Assembly: GCA_963805085.1 (NCBI GenBank)
Contig: CAWDTA010000002.1
Location: forward strand, 64,001 to 128,000
Length of the DNA: 64,000 nucleotides
Reading direction: 5' to 3'
DNA from: an uncultured Veillonellaceae bacterium
GTDB lineage: Bacteria > Bacillota > Negativicutes > JARBTT01
The translations under genes were made by a program, and so were the position numbers. Under the pieces are notes generated by a model. The model saw nothing but the letters and a program-made list of their open reading frames with translations. It searched no databases and had not been told where the DNA came from. Every line of letters starts with the position of its first letter. Position 1 is the stretch's first letter. Below are positions 30,421-40,824 of the stretch, piece by piece.

Positions 30421-31854
30421 GTGGTAATCACATTGGAAGACTATGCTGAAATACGCAGGCTTTTTAATTCCGGTATCAGCAAACGCGCCATCGCCAGAAA
30501 GCTTGGTATATCCAGAAATACAGTAGATAAATATTGCCAAGGCGATACGGTTCCGTGGAACAGAAAAATATACACTCGTCAGTCTTCAATCATCAGTGAT
30601 GAAGTAATGGATTTCATTCGCCAATGCTTAGAAGATGATGAACGCGAAGGCATTCGTAAACAGAAGCATACCGCCAAGCGAATATTTGATCGTCTAGTTG
30701 ATGAATGTAACTTTACCGGCGGTGAAAGCACTGTTCGGCGAACTGTCAATCAGCTAAAAGTGCAGGTGCAAAAGCCTTTTATTCCCCTAGAATTTGCTCC
30801 TGGTGAGGCACTTCAAATTGATTGGGGTATTGCTAAAATATATTTAAATGGGCACAAAATGGACATAAATTTGTTTTGTGCTAGACTCTGTTCCAGTGAT
30901 GCGCCTAGCGTTTTTGCTTTTGAAAGGCAAAATGAAGAAAGTTTTCTTGAAGCTTTGGTACGTACCTTCCAGTATTTTGGCGGAATTGCCAGACGTGTAT
31001 TCTTTGATAATGCAAAAGTAGCTGTAAAAGAAGGATTTGGCTCACGTGCTATTAAACAAGCCCGGTATGCAGCTCTTGCAGCGCATTATGGATTTGAAAC
31101 TGTTTTTTGCAATCCAGCGGAAGGGCACGAAAAAGGTTTAGTTGAAGGACTAGTCGGCTGGGCTAGGCGCAACATCTTAGTGCCCATTCCAAAAGTTGAA
31201 AGCCTTGGAGAATTAGATGCTCTGCTCTTAGAGCGGTGTAATACATACCTGAATCACACAGTTAGAGGCAAAACGTCCAATGTTGGAAAGTTGCTTGCAT
31301 TTGAAAAGAATGCGCTGCTGAAAATGCCAAGTTATGTATTTGATACAAGCCGCAGTATTACTACAAATGTAGATAGTTATTGTACTGTTCGTTTTGACAC
31401 GAATAACTATTCTGTACCAATCTCCCATTGCGGTCACGAAGTGGCGGTAAAAGGTTATGGTACAAAAGTTGTAATCTACTACCACAATGCAGTGATTGCC
31501 AAACACAACCGCTGTTATGGCAAGAAACAAACAATTTATGAACTAGCTCATTATCTTCCTCTTCTGGAGAGAAGACCACGTTCTATCTTAAATGCAAAAC
31601 CAGTAAGACATGCTTTACCACAGGATATATTGGAATGGTTAGCTAGTTTACCAGTAAAAGAAATTATGAAAGCATTAAATCTTTGTGTTGAGCTTGGCGT
31701 AAATGCGATTGTAGACGCCAAACGCCAAGGGATACCGCTTGATGCTGTATGCACTAAAAGAGAACCAGCAACTACGATCATTGATAAAATCACCGTGAAA
31801 CCAACGGATTTATCATTGTATGATCGTTTGTTAAGAACAGAGGCTGCCTTATGA
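30421..31854 (+). CDS. istA: IS21 transposase
   Basis: N-terminal HTH (SKRAIARKLGISRNTV), QIDWG, FDNAK, HEKGLVE, VRFDTNNYSVP. Confidence 0.95.
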   Translation: MVITLEDYAEIRRLFNSGISKRAIARKLGISRNTVDKYCQGDTVPWNRKIYTRQSSIISDEVMDFIRQCLEDDEREGIRKQKHTAKRIFDRLVDECNFTGGESTVRRTVNQLKVQVQKPFIPLEFAPGEALQIDWGIAKIYLNGHKMDINLFCARLCSSDAPSVFAFERQNEESFLEALVRTFQYFGGIARRVFFDNAKVAVKEGFGSRAIKQARYAALAAHYGFETVFCNPAEGHEKGLVEGLVGWARRNILVPIPKVESLGELDALLLERCNTYLNHTVRGKTSNVGKLLAFEKNALLKMPSYVFDTSRSITTNVDSYCTVRFDTNNYSVPISHCGHEVAVKGYGTKVVIYYHNAVIAKHNRCYGKKQTIYELAHYLPLLERRPRSILNAKPVRHALPQDILEWLASLPVKEIMKALNLCVELGVNAIVDAKRQGIPLDAVCTKREPATTIIDKITVKPTDLSLYDRLLRTEAAL

Positions 31855-32594
31855 ATAGTACAATTCATGAGAGCATTAAACTATATGCCAAGCTATTAAA
31901 ATTGCCCAGTTTTACGCAATATCAAGATGTGATTCGTCAGCTAAAACCCAATATGGGATTAGATGAAATGCTCTTGGAACTTATGAAAAAAGAATACCAT
32001 TCACGGCAAGACAACCAATTAAAAAGGCGAATTCATACCGCGCATTTTCCTGTAACCAAAACATTGGAAGAACTGAATATGTCTTGCTTCGAAAACATAA
32101 AACCGATATTTGTTCAGCAGTTGGCATCCTGTGACTTTATTAAAAAACGAAGAAATATCATAATGATTGGACCGCCTGGAACCGGTAAAACTCATCTGGC
32201 AATCGGTCTGGGGATGAAAGCCTGTGCATGTGGTTTTCGCGTGATGTTTCGTAGCGCTGCGACTATCTCCACTGAACTTTGTGAAGCCAAAGATGCCTAC
32301 AAACTATCTAAATTAGAAAAGACTATTGAAAAAACAGATTTACTCATACTTGATGAACTATCCTATCTAAGCTTTAACCGCCACCAATCTGATCTACTAT
32401 TTAAGGTCGTTTCAGAGCGCTCTGAGCGAGCTAGTATCATAGTTACCACAAACCTAGAGTTTTCACGTTGGACGGAGATGTTCGAAAATGAAACAATGGT
32501 AGCGGCCCTGGTTGACCGGCTTACATTTCGATCACATTTATTGGATATGAACGGTTCCTCGTACAGAGTAAATCATGCTATTGCTAACGATTAG
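31851..32594 (+). CDS. istB: IS21 AAA+ helper ATPase
   Basis: GPPGTGKTHL, LILDELSY, IVTTNL, DRLTFRS; ATGA overlap with istA. Confidence 0.95.
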   Translation: MNSTIHESIKLYAKLLKLPSFTQYQDVIRQLKPNMGLDEMLLELMKKEYHSRQDNQLKRRIHTAHFPVTKTLEELNMSCFENIKPIFVQQLASCDFIKKRRNIIMIGPPGTGKTHLAIGLGMKACACGFRVMFRSAATISTELCEAKDAYKLSKLEKTIEKTDLLILDELSYLSFNRHQSDLLFKVVSERSERASIIVTTNLEFSRWTEMFENETMVAALVDRLTFRSHLLDMNGSSYRVNHAIAND

Positions 32595-33207
32595 GTGGCT
32601 CAAATATTCATGAGCACAAGTGGTTTAAAATTTCATGAGCGAGTGGCTCACTTTTTCATTGACGTTTATAAGGAGGATATAAAATGGCAATATCAATAGT
32701 GTAATGACACTTAGCGTACTGCTATACATAAACATCACAATCAGATATCCAACCGTAAAAACAGAATCCAAAATCACAGTAAGTGCAGTTCCTGTAATAA
32801 ATTGGCGTATATTTTCTAGCTCCCTCACCCTGGAAACAACATCACCTACTTGCCATTTTCCAAAATATTTTATTGGCAGAGCTGTAATATGTTTAAATAA
32901 CTTAGTACTTAAAAGTACGGGTTGTATGGGTAAAGAGATAACTACGCATAGCGGAAATAAGCAACTGAAATATCGCTACACCAGTCATACCTATGATCAA
33001 AATATCAAGTGTAGCTAGGCTACGATGTACAAGTACTTTATCAATGATCACCTGCGAACGGACTAACCAATCCAAAGGTTTGAAGGATAAAGGAAAACAA
33101 CAAGACCTGCATCCAGAAGCGTCGGTACTGCCAAATAAATGGAACAAACCAGGATAATTTAAATTTTTCATCTTTTATTTTTATAAAATCACGCCGAGTA
33201 AAAAGGA

Positions 33208-33944
33208 TTAATTCCCCACTCCAAGCATTGATAAAACTAGCATATGGAAGAAAAAAAGGTTAATAGATAATAATTTCTTACTTGATAAATATACTATTCT
33301 TCCAATCAAAATATAAAAAATATATACTATCAAGTCTGCAATTCTCTTAAATACCGGATTTAAGGATGATAATAAGATAATAACTATTAACATACAAATC
33401 ATATACCAAGTTGCTTTCGTTGCATCTTGCTTTGTATAATTTAAAAATAATAACTTACCTCTATAAAAAGAGTCCAAGTTACCGACAAAACATCCGGCAT
33501 TCCAAGTGGTCTATTTATTAATAATACTGTATAAAAATAATTAGTAATATCATTCGTTAAATTTCCTAGTGGCATAGCCACCCTGCATAATTCACTAATT
33601 ACAACAGATACATATACCACGAAAAGCGCTAAAATTAGTGTTGGCACGATTCTAAAAAATCTCTTAACAAGAAATTCTCCTCATGTTTCATTAATAGAAA
33701 CATGTGTAATAACAAATCCACTTATCAAAAAGAAAATTAATACTCCTAGATGTCCTCCTCCCTGATATAATTGAAATGGTTTTACAATAAAGTTTTCCCA
33801 TCCAATTTGCAGCTGAGATATTACATGATTATCATATACCCACCATCCGCATAAATGTGCCCAAAGGACCAATAATGGAGCTATTGCACGTAAATAATGA
33901 ATTAATCCAAAAAACTCTTTTTCCACTTTAATATTCCTTCCCAT
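33208..33944 (-). pseudogene. Acyltransferase-3 pseudogene (nonsense codon, frameshift, truncation)
   Basis: YLRAIAPLLVLWAH, GVLIFFLISGFVI, in-frame TGA (33681-33683) before GEFLVKRFFRIVP, then VTWTLFIEVSYY followed by a -1 shift near 33445. Confidence 0.85.
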
Positions 33945-35304
33945 CCAATCTTACAATATCATCTTCCCCTACATAAGTACCATTCTGAACTTCAATAATT
34001 TCCAATATTATTTTCCCTGGATTTTCTAATTGATGTTTAGTAGTCTGCGGAATAAAAACGGACTCATTTTCATGCACCATAATAATCTTATCACCTATCG
34101 TTACCTTGGCCGTCCCAGCAATAACAATCCAATGCTCACTACGATGGTAATGCATTTGTAAGCTAAGCTTTCCATTTGGCTTTACACGTATTTTTTTCAT
34201 TTTATAACGGGGCCCTTCACCAAGCAATGACGTACTGCCCCACGAACGATAAATTGTCGTATGCTCAGATGCTTCCTTACGACCACGTTTCTTCAATTCG
34301 TCTACAATATTCTTTACCTTTTGAGATTCACCTTTTTTTGCAACAACGATAACATCATCTGTCTCTACCAGCAACAAATCATCTAAACCGATCCCTGCGA
34401 TCAATCGGTCTCGTCCCATAATCAAAGAATTACTACAATCGATCGCTATACAATCTCCCTGCATCGCATTTCCATCTTCATCTTTTACTAATATATCATA
34501 CATAGCATCCCATGAGCCTATATCATTCCAATAGCACTTTAATGGAATTACTACTGCTTTTTGGGATTTTTCCGCAATTGCGTAATCAATAGAAATATTA
34601 GGCATATCGTTGAAATTATTTAAAGTTTGTTCATAAGAATCTTCTAAACAAGTCATAATCTCCGGCTGATATTTTCTTAGTTCATCAAACATACATTGAA
34701 TTTTAAAAGCGAACATACCCGAATTCCAAAAATAATTTCCAGCCTGCAAGTACTGCTCTGCCACTACTAGCTCAGGCTTTTCTTTGAAAGAATTTACTTC
34801 ATATCCATTCTCAATAGCCTGCCCTGCTTCAATATATCCATATCCAGTTTCTGGTTTATTTGGTTTTATTCCAAAAGTAACCAGTTTGTTTTTTTCTGCC
34901 AGTTCATTACCAGTATACATACTTTTTATAAATAAATCTTTCGATTTAATTATATGATCTGCTGCCGCTACAATTAATACCTCATCTGTAGAACATCCTA
35001 ATTCATCAACACAATATTTAGCTGCCAAAGCAATCGCTGGTGCCGTATTTTTAGCAACTGGTTCTAAAACAATATGAGCTTCTTCTGCATCACATTCAGC
35101 TAAATCATTTTGTACATGGTACAAATAATCTTTATTTGTAATAATTACAATATCTCTCGCTTCAACAAATGATAAAAATCTCAAAACAGTTTGTGATAAT
35201 AATGATTTATCTCCTTCTAATTTCAAAAATTGTTTTGGAAAACACGTTCTAGATAAAGGAAATAATCGTGTTCCACCGCCCCCAGCCAATATAATTATCT
35301 TCAT
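33928..35304 (-). CDS. manC: Mannose-1-phosphate guanylyltransferase/mannose-6-phosphate isomerase (copy 2)
   Basis: Same motifs as copy 1; colinear paralog. Confidence 0.95.
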   Translation of the reverse strand: MKIIILAGGGGTRLFPLSRTCFPKQFLKLEGDKSLLSQTVLRFLSFVEARDIVIITNKDYLYHVQNDLAECDAEEAHIVLEPVAKNTAPAIALAAKYCVDELGCSTDEVLIVAAADHIIKSKDLFIKSMYTGNELAEKNKLVTFGIKPNKPETGYGYIEAGQAIENGYEVNSFKEKPELVVAEQYLQAGNYFWNSGMFAFKIQCMFDELRKYQPEIMTCLEDSYEQTLNNFNDMPNISIDYAIAEKSQKAVVIPLKCYWNDIGSWDAMYDILVKDEDGNAMQGDCIAIDCSNSLIMGRDRLIAGIGLDDLLLVETDDVIVVAKKGESQKVKNIVDELKKRGRKEASEHTTIYRSWGSTSLLGEGPRYKMKKIRVKPNGKLSLQMHYHRSEHWIVIAGTAKVTIGDKIIMVHENESVFIPQTTKHQLENPGKIILEIIEVQNGTYVGEDDIVRLDGKEY

Positions 35305-35354
35305 TACTAATCAAATTCCTTTCTGTAAAATAGAAAATATATGATCTTCATATC

Positions 35355-36434
35355 TTATTTTAATAGAATATTAAATAATTCTCGCCAATCTTTTGCATAA
35401 GGAGCCTCATATTTAAAATTCACAAAATCGAGATCAATTTTCCCCTTTTCTGCAACTTTTTTTAGTAATTTTGCAAGCTGCTTACTATCATCAGGATGAA
35501 AAAACTTTACATTATGATACCCAACCAAAGTTTCATGGGCAAATGGTAAATCTGAAGCAAAAATCGGCTTTCCTGTTACTGCAAATTCCGACATCGGCAT
35601 TCCCCATGTTTCTAACTTAGACGGAAAAATCAATGCATCAACTTTATTAAAATAATCAAATACAGCCTCACGAGTTTGAAAACCAACAAAAACTAAGCTC
35701 TTTAAATAATTATACTTTTTCACAATTTTTTTTGCATATGCATTTTCCGACCCATCGATTGTGACAAAAACTTTTATTCCAAGATCATCAATCTCTTTTA
35801 ATGCTTCACCAATTACCTCAATATTTTTAAAAATTCTTGGATATATTGGATAAATAAAAGAATTTGGCTCCTTCGTCTCTTTATGCTGAATAAAAACTTT
35901 ATCTATGTTAGGACGAGCAACCACTACATTTTGAATCCTATACATTTTCTTAAACGCATTACGCATCCATTGCTGTTGTACAATTACAGCATCGTTTTTC
36001 CGTATATTAATTGCATATAAGTATTTATAAAACCAGCTAAATAAAGTAAACTTTTTATCCAACAATAAATTTTCTTTTTTTATTTTGCAAAAAGGTGCTG
36101 GATTATGACAGTATACTGCCAATCTTTCACTTTTTACATTTGGTGTCATATCATGCAACGACAACCATAAAAAAGGTTTTATTTTTTTTGATAAAAAATA
36201 AAAATACACATACTCATAATAGCAACGAAAAAACCAACTTTTTTTAGAATTTGGAAATTCAAAAAATTCAAACCGGTCTCTTAACTCTTTTGATACTAAA
36301 TTTTTATCATGCACCAATACGATAACATCAAAGGCATGCGTAAGCTCTTGTAAAAAAGATAAACAGTCCCCTAAAATGGATAACGCACCACCCGATATTA
36401 TATTCACTGCCGATACAACAATCTTACGTTTCAT
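35355..36434 (-). CDS. GT4 glycosyltransferase
   Basis: GGALSIL, FPSKLETWGMPMSE, ASDLPFAHE. Confidence 0.88.
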   Translation of the reverse strand: MKRKIVVSAVNIISGGALSILGDCLSFLQELTHAFDVIVLVHDKNLVSKELRDRFEFFEFPNSKKSWFFRCYYEYVYFYFLSKKIKPFLWLSLHDMTPNVKSERLAVYCHNPAPFCKIKKENLLLDKKFTLFSWFYKYLYAINIRKNDAVIVQQQWMRNAFKKMYRIQNVVVARPNIDKVFIQHKETKEPNSFIYPIYPRIFKNIEVIGEALKEIDDLGIKVFVTIDGSENAYAKKIVKKYNYLKSLVFVGFQTREAVFDYFNKVDALIFPSKLETWGMPMSEFAVTGKPIFASDLPFAHETLVGYHNVKFFHPDDSKQLAKLLKKVAEKGKIDLDFVNFKYEAPYAKDWRELFNILLK

Positions 36435-36458
36435 CCTTTTTATTCACCCACAAACTTT

Positions 36459-37304
36459 TTATGTTCTCCCGCACCAGCGGCAATGCGCCATATTACAGCT
36501 ATGCGTTTCATATCCACGCAAAGCTTGCACCAATCTTCCGATATGCATAGCACTAACCAATCTTTTTAAACGCCGTTTTATCCATTGTTTATTTATTTTC
36601 TTTGCAACAAAATGATCTATATAAACTTTTTTAATTTGATGATTCTCCAATATTTTCTTATACTCATCAAAACATAGAAACACTTGCGAACTATGTCCAT
36701 TCAAATTATAAAAAGCAATAAATTCATCAATATAAGCAATCTTTCTTCCCATTAAAAAAGCTCTTAGAAAAAAATCATAATCAGCAGCAATTTTATATTG
36801 TACATCAAACTGTAACTGCTTCATCAAAGCAGATCGCACCAACATTCCCTGATGCGGACTCATCTCTCCGCTTAAAACTTCACACTCTATTAAAGGTTTA
36901 CCTAATACTGTTTGCAAACCACTTAAACCTTCATCAACACCCCATACTCTTCCACATAAAATGTCAACATTTATATTTTTTTCTAGATATAGCATTACTC
37001 TTTCAATGCTATTAAAATCAACAAGACAATCATCTGAACCTAAAAAGTAAATATACTCCCCAGTTGCGCTCATGATTCCCTTATTCATTGCATCATAAAT
37101 TCCTTCATCATGTTCACTCGCCCAGAAATTAATTGAAAGATCATATTTTTTTAAAATCTCTACCGTCCCATCACTTGACTTTCCATCAATGACAATAAGC
37201 TCTATATCTTTATACGTTTGATTTACAACGCTACAAATAGCTTGTTCAATTGTAGTTACACTGTTATAGCAAACAATAATAACAGAAACTTTCAAATCAT
37301 CCAC
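36459..37304 (-). CDS. GT2 glycosyltransferase (WcaE/WfgS-like, possible fucosyltransferase)
   Basis: VSVIIVCYNS, IDGKSSDGT, GIYDAMNKG, FLGSDD, IAADYDF; adjacent to gmd/fcl. Confidence 0.85.
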   Translation of the reverse strand: MDDLKVSVIIVCYNSVTTIEQAICSVVNQTYKDIELIVIDGKSSDGTVEILKKYDLSINFWASEHDEGIYDAMNKGIMSATGEYIYFLGSDDCLVDFNSIERVMLYLEKNINVDILCGRVWGVDEGLSGLQTVLGKPLIECEVLSGEMSPHQGMLVRSALMKQLQFDVQYKIAADYDFFLRAFLMGRKIAYIDEFIAFYNLNGHSSQVFLCFDEYKKILENHQIKKVYIDHFVAKKINKQWIKRRLKRLVSAMHIGRLVQALRGYETHSCNMAHCRWCGRT

Positions 37305-37381
37305 CTACCAAATCAACGAAAATACCCCTTATAAAATAAAACGCAAAGAAATATCCTAAGCCATTTCTTTACGATTTATTA

Positions 37382-38317
37382 TTAATTCTTTTGCTTATAC
37401 CAGCCATAAGTAAGATTAAGACCTTGCTCTAAATCCACGTTTGCTTTCCAACCTAACGTATTCAAAAATGAAACATCATTAATTTTAATTGGTGTTCCAT
37501 CTGGTTTAGAAGAATCAAAAACCAAATCACCTGTATAGCCCACTACTTTTTTTATTAATTCTGCCAATTCTTTAATTGTTATCCCAATCCCCGTCCCGAT
37601 ATTGACAATTTTTCCACCATCATACTCATTCATCAGGAATACACAAGCACTCGCCAATTCATCTACATAAAGAAATTCGCGCACTGGCGAACCGGTGCCC
37701 CATACAGTAACTGTAGGTTCATTATTTACCTTGGCCTCATGGAATTTTCGAATCAATGCTGGCAATACATGCGAAGATTGCAAATCGAAATTATCGTTAA
37801 TACCATACAAATTTGTTGGCATAACAGAAATATACTTTGTCCCATACTGTTTATTGTATGATTCACATATCTTAATACCAGCGATTTTTGCCAAGGCATA
37901 GGCTTCATTAGTAGGTTCCAAAGAACCTGTTAACAAACTATCTTCCTTAATCGGCTGAGTTGCCATACGTGGATAAATACAAGAACTACCTAAAAACAGC
38001 AGTTTTTTGACACCATTTAAATATGATTGATGAATGATATTAGTCTCGATCATCAGATTAGTATAGATAAATTCAGCAGGTCTAGCCGAATTAGCACCAA
38101 TTCCGCCGACTTTAGCCGCAGATAAAATAACATACTCCGGTTTTTCAATCGCAAAAAATTCTGCTACTGACTGCTGATTCTCTAAATCTAATTCTTGATG
38201 TGTACGCATTACTAGATTCGTATAACCTTGATTTTCTAGTTCTCTTACCATCGCTGAACCAACAAGACCTCTATGTCCAGCAACATAAATTTTAGAATTT
38301 TTATTCATTTTATTCAC
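37382..38317 (-). CDS. fcl: GDP-L-fucose synthase
   Basis: [46 protein letters not shown]. Confidence 0.96.
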   Translation of the reverse strand: MNKMNKNSKIYVAGHRGLVGSAMVRELENQGYTNLVMRTHQELDLENQQSVAEFFAIEKPEYVILSAAKVGGIGANSARPAEFIYTNLMIETNIIHQSYLNGVKKLLFLGSSCIYPRMATQPIKEDSLLTGSLEPTNEAYALAKIAGIKICESYNKQYGTKYISVMPTNLYGINDNFDLQSSHVLPALIRKFHEAKVNNEPTVTVWGTGSPVREFLYVDELASACVFLMNEYDGGKIVNIGTGIGITIKELAELIKKVVGYTGDLVFDSSKPDGTPIKINDVSFLNTLGWKANVDLEQGLNLTYGWYKQKN

Positions 38318-38324
38318 CCACTAC

Positions 38325-39413
38325 CTATTCATTGTAATTGTGTACTTCAAAACCATGCTTTTCACATAATAAATCACGTTTTGCTGTTGCCAAATCTTCT
38401 TTTACCATCATAGAGCATAGCTCTTGCAATGTGGTTTTCGGCTTCCAGCCTAATTTTTTTTGAGCCTTCGTTGCATCCCCTAACAACAATTCTACCTCTG
38501 TTGGACGAAAATAACGTGGATCAACTTCAACTAAAACATTACCAGTTGCTTTATCAATACCTTTTTCTGCGATGCCTATACCCTGCCAAGAAATTTCTAT
38601 ACCAACTTCTTTAAACGCTAGCTCCACGAATTCTCTAACCTTATGCGTTTCACCAGTTGCAATAACAAAATCTTCAGCATGCTCTTGTTGTAATAACAGC
38701 CACATTGCTTCCACATAATCTTTCGCATAACCCCAGTCCCGTTTCGCACTTAAATTTCCTAGATAAAGCTTATTTTGCAATCCAAGATTAATTCTTGCAA
38801 CAGCTCTAGTAATTTTACGAGTAACAAAAGTTTCACCCCTACGTGGTGATTCGTGATTAAATAAAATACCATTACATGCATAAATGCCATAAGCCTCACG
38901 ATAATTTACTGTAATCCAATAACCATATAATTTCGCAACCGCATATGGGCTACGTGGATAAAACGGAGTAGTCTCTTTTTGTGGAGTTTCTTGTACTAAC
39001 CCATATAGTTCACTTGTAGAAGCTTGATAAAATTTAGTTTTCTTTTCTAATCCTAAAATACGAATAGCTTCAAGAATTCTTAAAGTACCTAATCCATCAG
39101 CATTAGCAGTATACTCTGGTGTCTCAAAAGAAACTTGAACATGACTTTGTGCAGCTAGATTATAAATTTCATCTGGTTGTACCTCTTGAATAATGCGAAT
39201 TAAATTAGCAGAATCAACCATATCCCCATAATGTAAAAAGAAACTTACATTATCCTCATGTTGATCCTTATATAAATGATCAATTCGATCCGTATTAAAT
39301 TGAGATGCACGTCTTTTAATTCCATGGACTTCATAACCTTTTTCCAAAAGAAATTCTGCAAGATATGCTCCATCCTGCCCTGTAATACCCGTAATCAATG
39401 CTTTTTTTTTCAT
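38325..39413 (-). CDS. gmd: GDP-mannose 4,6-dehydratase
   Basis: [50 protein letters not shown]. Confidence 0.97.
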   Translation of the reverse strand: MKKKALITGITGQDGAYLAEFLLEKGYEVHGIKRRASQFNTDRIDHLYKDQHEDNVSFFLHYGDMVDSANLIRIIQEVQPDEIYNLAAQSHVQVSFETPEYTANADGLGTLRILEAIRILGLEKKTKFYQASTSELYGLVQETPQKETTPFYPRSPYAVAKLYGYWITVNYREAYGIYACNGILFNHESPRRGETFVTRKITRAVARINLGLQNKLYLGNLSAKRDWGYAKDYVEAMWLLLQQEHAEDFVIATGETHKVREFVELAFKEVGIEISWQGIGIAEKGIDKATGNVLVEVDPRYFRPTEVELLLGDATKAQKKLGWKPKTTLQELCSMMVKEDLATAKRDLLCEKHGFEVHNYNE

Positions 39414-39601
39414 AATAATCCCCCTAAAATTTAAAATAACTTATAAAGGTACTTTTCTCAAATAACCTTAATATACTATTATACACAAATCAAATACAAG
39501 AACTACCACCTTTATTTAATTGGCAATGAAATCCCCCCATAATAAATAAAAGAATCCTCCCCAATATAATCACTAACATTTCATAATATATTGCAATATC
39601 A

Positions 39602-40678
39602 CTAAGGAACTAACAATTTAATCACAGGTACTTTTTTAAGAATACAAACAAAGAAAGAACTCAGCAAAGTAATTGCAACTGTTGTTACTGGAATGAATAC
39701 TGCAGGATTATAAGTGTAGCCATTCAACTTAAAACCCAAAATGCCTGAATCAAGTATTGCCATAACTAATAAATGCACAAGATATATACCAAAACTTAAC
39801 TTACTACTAAAATAATTTATGATATTAACAACCACTTTAAATTTATCAATTGATAGATTATTATTAATATAAATAACAACAATAATAAAACTAATAGTCA
39901 TAAAAACAATATTCATGGATAAATAACCGTAAAAAAACTCATCTAAAATTCCATTATTTGATACGGTCATATAATAAGTAGAAATCATAGTAAATAAAAC
40001 ATTACTGACAAACACCAACAGCGCTATTCTATAACATTCAATAGAAACTTTGTACAAACTATCGATATACATACAACGTAATTTATACCCAACAATTAAA
40101 TACCCTAAATAGCCACTACCAAATTCCAAATGAACACCTACTGGATACCCAAATTTAGATAAAAGCGGAAAAACGCAATAAAACCAAAACCAAATGCTAA
40201 TAAAATAATTAATATTTATTTTATTAGCATTACAAATGTAAATATTTATTATTGGTAATATTAAATATATCCCAATAATTGTATAAAGAAACCACAAGTG
40301 ATATGCATTTGATATTTTTCCATTCAAAATATTTTAAAATAAACCTAAAACATCCAAACTTTGATCATTCCAATAGACAAAATACAAACTATATATAATT
40401 GACCACCCAATTAAAGGTATCACTATTTTAATCACTCTTTTATATAAAAAAGCTTTTAAATTATTATAATCAGATTGCTTGCCTAACATTAATGCACCTG
40501 TTAACACAAAGAATAAAGGTACACAAATTCTTGAAATAGAATCATAAAAATTACTAAACCACCACCACTGTTCAGTAATCTCATTATATCTAAAAGCATT
40601 TATACATGCCACATGCTGTAGTATTACTAACATAAAAGCAATCGTTCTAATTAAATCTAAAACAAAAATTCTATTCAT
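39602..40678 (-). pseudogene. Acyltransferase-3 (WecH/YiaH-like) with a single in-frame TAA
   Basis: LDLIRTIAFMLVILQH, RICVPLFFVLTGALML, YHLWFLY, SFGIYLVH; both halves are in the same frame, separated by TAA at 40334-40336. Confidence 0.85.
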
Positions 40679-40824
40679 AAAATACCTACCTAATAAAATT
40701 AGTTGCACTATTTATACCGATTTGCAATATTTTTCGCCAAATCTTGAATTGACATTTTAGAACATTCCTACCCTCCATAGGCCCAAATAACAAGTAACAT
40801 TGCTACGAACCAAAAGGACATACA

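Larger units (their letters stand above)
30301..32670 (+). mobile_element. IS21-family insertion sequence (2370 bp) with 7-bp target duplication AGGAGGA
   Basis: Ends TATAAACGCTAAT...GTGAGCCACT / AGTGGCTCAC...ATTGACGTTTATA; multiple internal TGAGCCAC repeats; AGGAGGA at 30294-30300 and 32671-32677; istA-istB pair. Confidence 0.93.
29087..33057 (-). pseudogene. HlyB-like type I secretion ABC transporter: IS21-interrupted, frameshifted and N-terminally truncated
   Basis: Fragments SQVIIDKVLVHRSL..., VGDVVSRVRELENIRQFITG, GRSGSGKST, LSGGQRQR, DEATSALD. Removing the IS and one TSD restores LPFYILLSLLITP; a further small deletion lies near 32920. Confidence 0.88.

Noticed and set aside
39402-39410. 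A9 run at the gmd start, and other A/T runs, as phase-variation tracts
   Set aside because: Lys-codon runs after ATG are common in AT-rich genomes, and the frames are intact.
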